Of a stretch of 64,000 nucleotides of DNA, positions 35,927-47,730 are shown in pieces (within the stretch, counting starts at the first letter, position 1; each line of letters opens with the position of its first letter). The DNA comes from Hemiscyllium ocellatum (Eukaryota), in NCBI RefSeq assembly GCF_020745735.1, contig NC_083404.1, positions 89,031,731-89,095,730 on the forward strand, read 5' to 3'. Both the position numbers and the translations under genes were made by a program. The notes beneath the pieces were generated by a model. It did no database searches and had not been told where the DNA came from. It was given only the letters and a program-made list of their open reading frames with translations.

Positions 35927-36759
35927 CCCCTGAACCAAGTCAATGTACTTGCAGGTGAGAGTCAGGTTAAACAGGGCAAGTGGTTAGCCTATGGCTTTCC
36001 ACATTGTCAGCCAGTTTAAGTGGCTATTTCCACTCCCACTGTAATAATCTGTGAGGCTGACGAAAGAAGAGTGAAGGAGAACAATGCAGTGCTTCACCAT
36101 CCAAGAAGGAAATTCCACTAATATTGATGAGTGACACAAGCTAATCCAACTTGTCTTGTTGCTTCATAATTGGAGCTCCAGTATGCCCACTTTTCCTCAT
36201 GCTTCATTTCCAAACATTGCTCCTTTTTTTCTTACTGTTTCTTCCCAATGTGATCTCAAGTGAAAAGGGAGAAGGAATGGAAGAGTACCTCCTTTGAGGG
36301 GTTCCCTCTGCTCAATGAGGAATTCCTCCCATTAGATATTATATCTCATACTTCATGACTCCCTCCTGGACTACCGAAAGCTAACACTCCCCCACCTCCT
36401 TTCCCCCTCCCTATAGTATCTGGGAATCCTCCATTTAACTCAAAGATTAACCACTTTCTGCTTGGACCTGTATGTAGTCCAAGTAATGGTCACAATCGAG
36501 TCATAGCATTGTTGACATTATTCCGCTATTGGCCAATCAGGTTGGTCAAGAGGTCTTGATAGCAAGCCCTCCTTAACCCTCGTGGGCTGCCTTTTCAAGG
36601 TCAGTCTTGATTTTTTTCTGGGAGGATGGTGAGCTATACACAACACTGTCCCCCTCCCCATACCTGTAAAATTCAGCCTACAGAATTGTTACATGGAGCA
36701 GGGAATTGAATCTATAATCTCTCGGTCGGTTGCGTGAGAGAGCAATTAACCAAATACTA

Positions 36760-37260
36760 CCCGTCCACACTCTTTCTGAGGCTCTGCACATTCTTCCATT
36801 TCAAAAAACATTACAATTTCTCCTTCAATTAATCCAAACCTGCCTCCACCACAGTCATAGGGACAACATTCTAGACCCTAATCACTAGTTGTATGAAAAG
36901 TTTTCTTCTCATGTTGCAATTGCCTATATAAATTACCTTATATCTGCGACATCTTGCTCTTAATTGGTTCACTAGAGTGAACATTATTCCCTAATCTAAT
37001 CTGTCCAAACCCCTAGTTATTTTGACTACCTCTATCAAATCTTTCAACTTCCTATTCAACAAAAATAGTCCCACCTTTACTAAACAATCTACATAACTGT
37101 CATTCTTCATATAGAATCAGCACATGAATCTTTTCTGCACTCTTTCCAATGTCTTCACATCATTCCTAAAGAACAGGGCATAATATTCTTGGTGAAGCTG
37201 AACCAGTCTTCTATATAAATCTAGCGCAACTTTTATATTTTGTGTCCCATTGATGGAGTA
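36760..37260 (-). mobile_element. Very old CR1 3' fragment
   Basis: Eroded CR1 3' pattern (GCCTCCACCAC..TTCTAGACCCTAATCACT..TCTTTTCTGCACTCTTTCCAATG). Confidence 0.6.
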
Positions 37261-37261
37261 G

Positions 37262-38480
37262 AGAAGAGTGGAGAAGGGGGACCCAGTGGATGTGGTTTAC
37301 TTGAAATTTCAGAAGGTGTTTAATAAAGTCCCACATTATAGAACAGTGTTTAAATTATAGTGCGAGGGATAGGAGGTCATATACTGAAATGAATTGGATG
37401 GTGAAGCACTGCATTGTTCTCCTTCACTCTTCTTTCATCAGCCTCACAGATTATTGGCAGTCAGGACCGAAAAGTAGGAATAAATGGATCTTTTTCCAAG
37501 TAGCAGGATTGGTTAGTGGGGTGCCGCAGGATTCAGTGCTTGGACCTCAGCTATTTATAACTTATGCTGATTTAGATGAAGTTCCATATCACATTTCCAA
37601 ATTTGTAGACACACACAAAGCTGGATTGGTGGGTGAACTGTGAAGAGGATGCAAAGAAGCTTCAGTGATATTTGGACAAGTTAAGTAAGTGGGCAAATGT
37701 ATGTCAGATTTATTGTGAATAAATGTAAGGTTATCCACTTTGATAGAAAAGCAGACAGCCAAATAGATTGGGAAATGAGAAGGTATAATGAGACCTGAAT
37801 GCCCTTGTACTAAAAGTACAAGTTGCTGAAAGTAAGCATGCAGGTGCAGCAGATCATGAAAAAAACAAATGGTATGTTGGTCTTCACAGCAATAGGATTC
37901 AAATACAGGAGCAGGGATGTCTTGTTGCAATTGTTTGCTAAGACAACCTCTGGAGTATTATGTGCATCCTCTTTATCTGAGGATGAGTGTTCTGTCTATT
38001 TAAGCAGTTCAAAGAAGGTTTAATAGACTGATTCCAGGGATGGCAGGACTGATTTATGGGGAGAAACCTGGATTGGTTAGAAATATATTCCATATGGTTT
38101 AGAAGAACGAGAGGGGATCTGTTCGAAACTGTATAAAATATGAACAAGATTATACAGGGTAGATGCAGGAAGGATGTTGTTGATGACTGGTGTTCAGAGC
38201 CAGGTGTCACAGTCTGAGGATACAAGGTTGGCCATTTAGAACTGATTTGAGAACTTTCTTCTCCAGATAATGGTAAGCCTGTGGAACGTTCTGCCACAGG
38301 AAACTGTTGAGGCCAATATTCTCAAGCAAGATGTGCATATAGCTCTTAGAACTGAAGAAATCAAAGAATATGGGGATAAAATTGGAAACAAAGGACTGAG
38401 TAGATTAGTAGATTTGATCATATTGAATGGCAGAGCAAAGTCAAAGAGCTGAGTGGCCTACTCCAATATTCTATGTTGCT
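37262..38480 (+). mobile_element. CR1 LINE RT to 3' end, decayed
   Basis: SGVPQDSVLGPQLF, ISKFVDT, VSLWNVLPQETVEA; 3' UTR TGGCCTACTCC..TTCTATG. Confidence 0.85.
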
Positions 38481-38499
38481 ATGACACTTATGCTTTATG

Positions 38500-39000
38500 A
38501 ACTTTACTGTCACAAAACCAACTTTTGAGCATTACCATCTGCCTCCTGCCACTAAACAAGTTTGGGTTCAATTTGCCAAACTGTCCTGAGTTCTATGGAC
38601 TCAAACTTTCTTGATTTGTCTCCCATGCAAGACCTTATCAAAAGCCTTATAAAAATCCACACAGACTGCATCCACCACATTACCTTTATCCATACATCTA
38701 GTCACGTCCTTGAAAAGTTCAGTCAGAATCTGTCAGATTACAAAGCCAGGCTGACTATCCTTGATTAATTCTTGCCTCTCTAGGTGGAGATTGATTCTGT
38801 CTCTCAGAACATTTTCTAATAGTTTACCGACCACTGATGTTAAACTCATTAGTCTAAAGTTTATCGCTATCTCCCTTTTTGAATAATGCTACCACATTAG
38901 CTGTCCTCCAGTGCCTCTCCTGTTTTAACAGAGGATTTAAAAATGAATAACAGAGCCCTGCAATTTCCTCCCTTGCTTCCCACGACAGCCTGGGATTTGA
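38500..39000 (-). mobile_element. CR1 RT fragment, decayed
   Basis: ACCTTATCAAAAGCCTTATAAAAATCCACACAG is antisense of the DF.KAFDKV motif. Confidence 0.6.
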
Positions 39001-39749
39001 TAAGGAAAACAAATTAAACTTCTGGTAGATAGAACCTTAAAAACTATTGAGGTATATTGAATGTGCAAGGGATTACCTAAAAACAAAATAGAAGGAGACT
39101 TGAAGAAACACTTGCAGGTAAAATAAAAGGAAGTTCAACAGAAATTAATAATTACTTTAGGGAGCAGATCCCATTTAATTGTATGAAATTCAACCTTCCT
39201 TCAATTCAACACCTTTATTTCTCATCAAAATTTGTTCTGATTCAGGATGACCTTAAATCTTACTGAGTCTCTTATCAAATTATGGTGTCTATCACTGAAA
39301 TGCCTTTCCATTGACAACCTCTATGATTGCCATGCTTTGTTCTCTAAAGTTAAGTCCAGTACTGCACTACAAGTCTCTTGTAGGACTTTTTGCATGTTGG
39401 ATTAAAAAACTGTCCTACGTTCATTTTAGGAATTCCAACCCTCTAAGCCTTTGTTTATATTTATTTATCCTGGATAATATTAGGTAAGTTGAAATTCCCT
39501 AGTATTATTAACCTATTATTTTTACACTTCCGTGTCTTTACTGTATATGCTCTGCCTGACAGACTGACTTGGCTTTTCTTCGACATTTTTCTATGCATCA
39601 TCCACTATTGGATCTCTACTCTGTATGCCATTCCCCACAGTCAAACCTCACAAAATGCCTTTAGCAAAATCCCTCTTGTGAGGATTTTGCTTCTATTGCA
39701 GTTCACTTGCAACCGGTAGGACATATACAGGTCTCACATTCCCCAGAAT

Positions 39750-40720
39750 CTTTTTCTTTTTATTTCATTCATTTGTGGGACATGGGCATCCCTGGCTGGG
39801 CCAGCATTTATTGCGCCTGTCCCAAGTTGCCCTTGAGAAAGTGGTGGTGAGCTGTCTTCTTAAGTCCACCTGCTGTAGGTTGATCCACAGTGCCTTTAGG
39901 GAGGGAAGTAAACAGTGGAAGAATGGCATTATATTTCCAAGACGGATGGTAAGTAGCTTGGAGGGAAACTTGCAGATGGTGGTGTTCCCATGTATCTGCT
40001 GCCCTTATTCTTCTAGATGGATGTGGTCATGGGTTTGGAAGGTGTTGTCCAAGGAATAGTGGTGGAAAGAGTGAGTGCTTGGGAATGCAGTGCCAGTCAA
40101 GTGGGCTTTGGCCTGGATAGTGTCAAGGTTTTTGAATGTTGTTAGAGCTGCACTCATCCACACAAATGGGGAGTATTCTGTCACACCGCTGATATGTGTC
40201 TTGAAGATGGTGGATAGGCTTTGGGGAGTCAGAAGGTGAGTTGACCTGCCACAGTATTCCTTGTGTCTGATCTGCTCTTGTAACCACTGTGTTTATGTGA
40301 CATCCCCCCCCGCCCAATTGAATTTATGATCAATGCTGACCCCAACGATGTTGATACTGGAGGACTGAATCCTTGCAACATACTAGAATATCAAGGGGTG
40401 ATGATTAGATTGTTTCTAATTGAAGATGGTCATTGCCTGGCATTTATGTGGTGCAAGTGTTACTTCCCACCTGTCAGCCTCAGCCAGGACATTGTGCAGA
40501 TCCTGTTGCATTTGAACATGGACTGTTTCAGCATGAGGAAGAACAAATGGTGCTGAACATAGTGCAATTATTGGCAACGTCCCCACTTCCGACCTTATGG
40601 TAGAGGGAACTTCCTCAGGTTAGTGTCTGAGGCCCAACCACCTTTAGCTGCTTTATCAGCTAAAGGTGGTTGGGCCTCAGACTCTAACCTGAGGAAGTCC
40701 TGCAGACACGTCATGGAACT
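39750..40720 (-). mobile_element. L2/CR1-group LINE 3' portion
   Basis: (TTCA)n tail at 39763-39772; antisense of 60600-61480; short inverted segment at ~40610-40700. Confidence 0.8.
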
Positions 40721-40794
40721 GAAATATTCTAAATCCCTTTCTCCTGCCAATTCTTCAGTCTTGCATTCAGTTGTTCTGTCTATCTATTCCTATA

Positions 40795-41002
40795 GTCACT
40801 AGTACAGTGGAACTAATCCAGAGAATACAACTGCCACCCTCACCTGGTCTGGCCTACATGTGACTCCAGACCTACAACAATGTGGTTGATTCTCAACTGC
40901 CCCCTGAAATTGCCTAATGAACCATCCGTTCAAGGGCAGCTAAGGACAGGCAATAAATGCTAGGCTGCCACCGAAGTCCATGTGCCACAAGTGAATAAAA
41001 AC
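40795..41002 (+). mobile_element. SINE remnant with L2-like tail
   Basis: CTGGTCTGGCCTACATGTGACTCCAGACC core, then a tail shared with the 61380-61478 LINE end. Confidence 0.6.
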
Positions 41003-41049
41003 CTTTGTTGTCCTGCTTTCCAATCTGCAGTCTAGCTCTCAAAATGTTT

Positions 41050-41640
41050 GTTGGCGAGCTCATCACTTTTTCTGCCAATGTTGTTGGTCTTAATGAAAAC
41101 AATGACCACTGACTATTGGGCTGCCTTTTTCAGAAAGATCTGCAAACCTTTAGTGACATCCATGACCCTGGACTCAGACGCAACACACCATTTTGAAGAC
41201 AGGTTTGCGGTCGCAGAAATACCTGCCTATCCTCTCCATTACTGAGTGTCCTACCATTGTACCTTTCCTTTCTTTCTCCGCCTTTTCTTGTGCAGCTGGG
41301 CTCTAACAGTACTTTCCTAAAGTCCTCCACATTCTCACCATTTTCCAACACAGAATATCTGTTCTTGAGTGAGATGTATTCTGGGGTTTTCCTGACTAAC
41401 TATCTAATTCTCTTCTTCTGAATGATGGTCACCTATTCCTTCTCTGACTGCAGAGTGAACATGTCTGAAAACATGCTGTCCACATAACTCTTGGCCTCCC
41501 AGATTTGTTGCTGTGTCTCCAGCTGATATTTGCTCCAAAACTCGGCACTTAAGCTGACCTTCAGACAACCAGGAACATCTAAGATTTTCCACATAAAGCA
41601 GGACTGAGCTCTCCTGTCTTAACTCTAGTTAGAACAACTC
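41050..41640 (-). mobile_element. Probable CR1 ORF1-region remnant
   Basis: Eroded ORF1-like peptide (ORF 41404..41592) with a coiled-coil and VT..R pattern; weak. Confidence 0.4.
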
Positions 41641-42190
41641 TTACCCAAAATTTAAGCCAAGCAGAAATTTAATTTTTTTTTACAAAGAAACTTGAACTCT
41701 TATCTTCCTTAATGTAACTTTGGAGTGGACAAAAACAACTTACACACTACTTACAAAACAGATCAATATTTTGTCTTAATGTCACTTTCATCAGTCTTTT
41801 CGAAGTCTGATGGGGTTCCTGCTGGGGTTTAGCTGCTGCTCAAATTGTGCTCCATCTGGGTTACACGCCTCAGGCATTTATCAGGAAGTTCTGCTGCTAC
41901 CATTTCTCTCCCTGTTAACTCCATTCTGTTGCTGCTCTGACTTTCTCCTCTTTGAGTCAAAGTAGACTGCGGATGAGAAAAATCTGACCTTTATTTATTT
42001 CCCAAGTCCCACTCAGGTCTGTTTTCCTAGTCCACTTCATGGTGATACTGACTTGCTGTATTCTCCAATATATTACAGTTAATTTGGATAGATTGTCTTA
42101 TATTAATGTATTATAAGAAGCAAAAGTCTCGATAATGTATCAAAATCTATTTGAATTCAAATTAAACCTGATATAGGTCACACTAGGTCT

Positions 42191-42193
<3 letters not shown>

Positions 42194-42278
<85 letters not shown>
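42194..42278. repeat. (CA)n microsatellite, ~42 units
   Basis: Perfect CA run followed by degenerate CA/CT repeats to ~42425. Confidence 0.97.
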
Positions 42279-42281
<3 letters not shown>

Positions 42282-42932
42282 CCACACGCTATCAAGCATA
42301 CACTCTATCAAGCACACACACACTCACACTCCCTCTGTCTCTCCCATTCACACAGACTCTTGCTGTCCCTCACACATACAGTGTCTCGCTCTCCTTCACA
42401 CACACACATGCATACACACATACATAAGTCTATGGGGTGAATTTCTGTATTTGTATTTGCAAATACGTTCTATTTTGTTGAAAAAGCACACAATCTATAG
42501 GCAGTCAGTCCATGTGACAATTTATAATTTCCTACTTTGGAAATAGAACCAGTCTGACTCAAGGTTGGGATACAGACAGACTCTAACCTCACACATTTAA
42601 TACATTGACTGAGCTGTCACTTTTTATTTTTATAAAATCTTTGGTTATCTGGGAGCTGTGACTTGAAAGAAGGTCTGTGGTTTACACATTAATCATCAAA
42701 CCTGCATTCGCATTCTAAGTGATTAAAGATCCAGCAATCAAGGTTTGTTCAGTACATTGCATCAGTTGTATGATACTTTGATCTTTTACTATAAATTCTG
42801 TGTCCTATGACCCTGACTAAGGAACAGCACTTCGAAAGCTAATGCTTCCAAATACGCCTGTTGGACTATAACTTGGTGATATAGGATTTTTAGTTTTGTC
42901 CACCTCTGTCCAACACCAGCATCTCCACATCA
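42194..42932 (+). mobile_element. PLE 3' UTR/terminus (third family)
   Basis: Similar to 31620-32110; core CTGACTAAGGAACAGCACTTCGAAAGCTA at 42813-42841; ends GTCCAACACCAGCATCTCCACATCA. Confidence 0.8.
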
Positions 42933-42950
42933 TAGGTCACATTTATGAGG

Positions 42951-43250
42951 GATTAGATTACTTACAGTGTGGAAACAGGTCCTTCGGCCCAACAAGTCCA
43001 CACCGACATGGCACCCACCCGTTCCCCTACATTTACCCCTTTATCTAACACTACTGGCAATTTAGCATGGCCGATTCACCTAACCTGCACATCTTTGGAT
43101 TGTGGGAGGAAAGTGGAGCACGCGGAGGAAACCCACGCAGACACAGGGAGAATGTGCAAACTCCACACAGTCAGTCGCCTGAGTCGGGAATTGAACCCGG
43201 GTCTCTGGGGCTGTGAGGCAGCAGTGCTAACCACTGTGCCACCGTGCCAC
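42951..43250 (-). mobile_element. HE1-type SINE, full length
   Basis: Tail, V-domain and tRNA head GTGGCACGGTGGCACAGTGGTTAGCACTGCTGCC on the minus strand. Confidence 0.93.
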
Positions 43251-43423
43251 TCATAATCACAGGAGAAAGCATAAATGATTGGATGAGCATAAGCGGGTCA
43301 TAAAGTCCTTGAAAGAAGCAGACAATCTGACCACAAGTGCTTCTTATATTGTTTCACTGGGATGGGTGTTGTTGGCTAGGCTGGTACTTATTGCTCATCC
43401 CTAATTGCTTTTCAGAAGATGTT

Positions 43424-45388
43424 AGGCAAAAGTGAGTATTGCAGATGCTGGAGAGTTAAGTCGAGAGTGAGGTTCTGGGAAAGCACAGCAGGTCAAGTAG
43501 TATCCGAGGAGCTGGAGAACTGATGTTTCAGGCAAAAGCCCTTCATCAGGCATGAGGCTGTGAGCCAAGGGGGTGGTGAGAAAAATGGGGTGGGCTGCTG
43601 GGGGGAGGTAGCTGAGAGTGTGATAGGTAGGTGGAGGTGGGGCAATGGTGATAGGTCGGAGAGGAGGGTGGAGCAGATAGGTGGGAAGGAAGATGGACAG
43701 GTGGGGCAGGTCAGATGGCAGTGCCAAGTTGGAGGGTTGGATGTGGGATAAGGTGGGGAGAGGGGAAATGAGGAAACTGGTGAAATCCACATTGATGCGA
43801 TGGGGTTGGAGGGTCCTGAGGCAGAAGATGAGGTGTCCTTCCTCCAGGTGGTTAGGGAGTGGCGATGGAGAAGGCCCAGGACCTGCATGTCTTGGAGGAG
43901 TGAGAGGGGGAGTTGAAGTGTTCAAGCATGGGGCAGTGGGGTTGGTTGGTGTGGCTGTCCTGGAGAAGCAGGCATCCTGTCTCCCAATGTAGAGGAGACC
44001 ACATCGGGAGCAATGGATACAGTAAATTATGTGTGGAAGTGCAGATAAAACTTTGATGGATGTGGAAGGCTCCTTTGAGGCCTTGGCTGGAGGTAAGGGT
44101 GGAGGTGTGGACACAGATTTTGCAATTCCAGGGGTGGCAGGGGAAGGTGGCAGGAGGAGAGGGTGGGTGGTTTGGGGGCATGGACCTGAGGAGGTGTATA
44201 GGGACTTGATATCCATGGTGAAGATGCGGCACTGGTGGCCAGGGAAAATAAAAGTCTTGAAGGAGGTGGAGGGTGGTGTCCTGAATGTATGTGGGGAGTT
44301 CTTAGACCAGAGGGGGATAGGACAGTACTGAGGTGTGTGGAGATAAGTGAGGCAGGAACAGGCTGAGACAATGGGTCGGCTGGGATAGTTAGGCTTGTGG
44401 ATCTTGGGTAGGAGGTAGAACCAGGCGGTGTGAGTTTTCCGAATTATGAGTTTGGAAGCTATCCCCCCTTGTTCCAGGAGCTCCCCACATAATTTCAGGA
44501 CACCACCCACACCCTCTACGCCCTCCAAGACTTTTGTTTCCCTGGCCCCTACCGCCTCATCTTCACCATGGACATCCAGTCCCTATACACATCCACCCAC
44601 TATGATGAGGGCCTCCAAGCCCTTAGTTTCTTCCTCCCCTGAAATCCCCACCTGTACCCTTAAGTTCACTGGACCATCTCAGATACCTCCCTCCCCTTCC
44701 TGGGCCTCTCCATCTCCACCAATGGTGACTGACTCAACATTGTCATCTTCTACAAACTCATCGACTCCCACATCTACCCGGACTACACCTCGTCTCTCCT
44801 GTAATCATTGCTCATGATGCAGTCTCCTCTATATTGGGGAGACAGAACACCTACTTACAGATTGCTTCAGAGAACATCTCCAGGACACCAGCATCAATGA
44901 ATCCACACGCCCTGTGGCAGAACACTTCAACTCCCTTTCCTCGTCTGCCAAGGATATGCAGGTCTTAGGCCACCTCCATCATCACTCCCTAACCACCTGG
45001 AGGAAGAACGCCTCATCCTCCACCTTGGGACCCTCCAATCCCATGGCATAAATGTGGATTTTGCCAGTTCCTCACTTCCCCTCCCTCCACCTTATCACAC
45101 TTCCAACCCTCCAACTTGGCACCGCCTTCATGACCAATCCTACCTGTCCATCTTCCTTCCCACCTATCCATTCCACCCTCCTCTCTGACTTATCGGCATC
45201 ACCCCATCTCCATCTACCTTTTGCACCTTCAGCTATCTTCCCCCCAGCTCCACTGCCCTCCCATTTATGTTACCATGCCCTTGGCTCACACCCTCATTCC
45301 TGATGAAGGGATTTTGCCTAAAAAGTCGATTCTCCTGATCCTTAGATGCTACCTGACCAGCTGTGCTTTTCCAGCATCACACTCTCCA
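43424..45388. mobile_element. Neptune-like PLE as two inverted, internally deleted arms
   Basis: Minus arm 43424-~44460 (FYLLPKIHKP..RPIVS, FTMDIKSLYT, IIYCIHCSRCGLLYIG); plus arm ~44462-45388 (FTMDIQSLYT, LLYIGET, terminus). Confidence 0.9.
43522..43549 (-). ncRNA. Minimal hammerhead ribozyme motif
   Basis: Minus strand reads CTGATGA-A-GGGC-TTTT-GCCT-GAAAC-ATC. Confidence 0.65.
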
Positions 45389-45590
45389 CTTCAGCAGATG
45401 CTGGTGAGTTGCCTGGTTGAACCATTACTCTGAGAGTTCTGTGGGATAAGAAGTTCCCGATTTATTAATTTAATTCAAACTTAGTCATCTGTCATAATGG
45501 ATAGTTAAACTCATTTCACCAGAGCATTAACCTCGGTCTCTTGATAACTAGCCTAATGACATCACCATTACATCACAATCTCCCCTTACA
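45389..45590 (-). mobile_element. SINE with L2-like tail, split by the PLE (other part at ~43350-43423)
   Basis: Tail GGGATG..TTATTGCTCATCCCTAATTGC..GAAGATG continues after the PLE as GGTGAGTTGCC; tRNA-like head at ~45480-45590. Confidence 0.55.
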
Positions 45591-46575
45591 ACTGTTCATT
45601 ACACAAGGTACAGGAGGGTTGGTAACCTAAGTGCCATGTAACTTAGGCAATATATTTCACCACATTTCATTTGACTTTCCATCTGGTCACATGTACTGGG
45701 CTACCTGCAGTGATGACATTCAAAATAAGAACCCAATGTTTGTATGTTCATGTTTTAGGCTAGACCTTGAATTAGATTTTGGCAGTGTAAAAATGTAAAA
45801 TTGGTAACAGTGAATTGATTGTCTGCTTTACATTTCTCCTTATGAATTTTTTTTATTGAAGGCCATCGGAATAAAATTGGAAGACATTTGAAACAGGCTG
45901 CTAATTCACCATCATCCATTTTCCATTGTTATACAAAGACAAGATCTAGACTTTGATCATCAAAATCAACGTCCAATATTCATGAAGAAAGGACCTTGGT
46001 TTGAAACTCCTCAAGATTTTATTACTTTATTATTGCAATATTTGCATTCGGATAAAATTATTTTGCTTTCCTCAAGCAGAATAATGTGCAAAATATGGCA
46101 GTTGCATAATTACAAAACAATACTGGAATGCACAGAAGATAAGAGCATTTGACCAAATCATGACAGCTTCTTGATTGACAGACTCTGTTGATAGTGCAAA
46201 ATATGAAACCATATTTTCAGGATTATTGAGACAGTGAAACTTACATTCACATCTTTTCAGCACTTTAAATTTTGTTATTGTGTTGTGCTTTTGAAATTAA
46301 TATCTTTTCATATCTCATACCTTATTTTTAAAAGACAAAGTTTTTATTGCTGATCAAGTGCAATCTAGTTCAAAGATATTGGTAAACTAAGAAAAAGCAA
46401 CAAAAGAAGAAACATGTGTAGGAATTATAAAGCATATAACCAACCTGAAGTTCATAATGAGAATTGGTTTGGAAAACATTCCAAGTACTTATTTTACAGC
46501 TGATGACAAGGAAGTTGAAAAGAAGCATGCCAAGGTTACCAGGAGACATCAGACTACCCATATCTATATCTAGGC

Positions 46576-46772
46576 AAAAGTGAGGACTGCAGATGCTGGA
46601 AAACCAAAGTTTAGATCAGAGTGGTGCTGGAAAAGCACAGCAGGTCAGGCAGCATCTGAGGATCAGGAAAATTGATGTTTCGGGCAAAAGCCCTTCATCA
46701 GGAATTGTCAATTTTCCTGATCCTCGGATGCTGCCTGACCTGCTGTGCTTTTCCAGCATCACTCTGATCTAA
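46576..46772. mobile_element. Fold-back PLE mini-element with perfect 16-bp TSD
   Basis: Arms ~46610-46675 and ~46708-46773; ATATCTATATCTAGGC at 46560-46575 and 46773-46788. Confidence 0.93.
46674..46701 (-). ncRNA. Minimal hammerhead ribozyme motif
   Basis: Minus strand reads CTGATGA-A-GGGC-TTTT-GCCC-GAAAC-ATC with a perfect stem II. Confidence 0.72.
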
Positions 46773-47479
46773 ATATCTATATCTAGGCCATTTTTAGATT
46801 TGAGATTCAGATCCTTTCTGCTGAAAGACTCTTAGTGTCATGCATCTTAAAATGTAACCTTTACCTTTATGATAGTTTATTTGTTGAATTTTGGTGTCAA
46901 TTGCAAAGTCGATATTCATTTCCTATCTCTAGACACTTTTATATTTCCATCATGGAAAGAGACTGTTCAGCCTATCACGTCACATGGTTCAAAGACAATC
47001 TGACTACCCTAATCCCATTTTCTAGCTCTAGGTCTATAGTCCCGGAGGCTATGGCAATGAAACTGATTTAGATTTTTAGGTACAGCTAACACATTGCAAG
47101 GATTTCAGACTCAAATTGAGTGGGTGATGGTAAGCTATTTACTTGAACTGTTGGAGCCCTGTGAAGGTACACTCACAAAGTTGTTGGGGAAGGAGTTCCT
47201 GCATTTGATGTGAATAAAATTTGACATAAGGCTTTACTCTCAAAATAAATGTGTTGGACTGGCACACCTATCTTGGATAAGAATGCAGTGAATGAAGCAA
47301 TGATTACTCAGGGATCAAGTGCAGGATGGAGCTGGACTCAGTGTCACCATGAGACCATAAGATGTAAGGACAAGAAAAGAAGTTGTTCTTTGATAATATG
47401 AGGAGCTAGGAACCAAATTGAAGAGCTGACCTCAAGAGAAAGAAATGATACTATAAAAAGGAAAATAACTAAAAATGTT

Positions 47480-47730
47480 TAAAAAAGAAAAGAGTAAGTA
47501 TAGTGTCAGACCTCTTTAGTTTGAGATTGAGAATTAACAGTAGATCACAAGGAAATAGTGGATGAACTAAACAAATGTTTTGCTTCTGTTTTCAATATAG
47601 ATGATACAAAAAGAATTCTGTAATAGCTGTAAATTTGGATGTTGAAAGAGGAAAGGAACTTGGTGAAATTACAAATCAGTGTGAAGTGATACTATGGAAA
47701 TTGTTGAAGTAGTGGGCCGATGAGTTCTAA
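47480..47730 (+). mobile_element. CR1 ORF2 linker fragment, decayed
   Basis: GAACTAAACAAATGTTTTGCTTCTGTTTTCA encodes ELNKCFASVF, the CR1 LN.YF.SVF motif. Confidence 0.6.

Noticed and set aside
43422-44528. 368-aa ORF as a host gene
   Set aside because: It drifts between PLE RT/GIY-YIG frames and UTR; it is a chance open frame in C-rich decayed PLE sequence.
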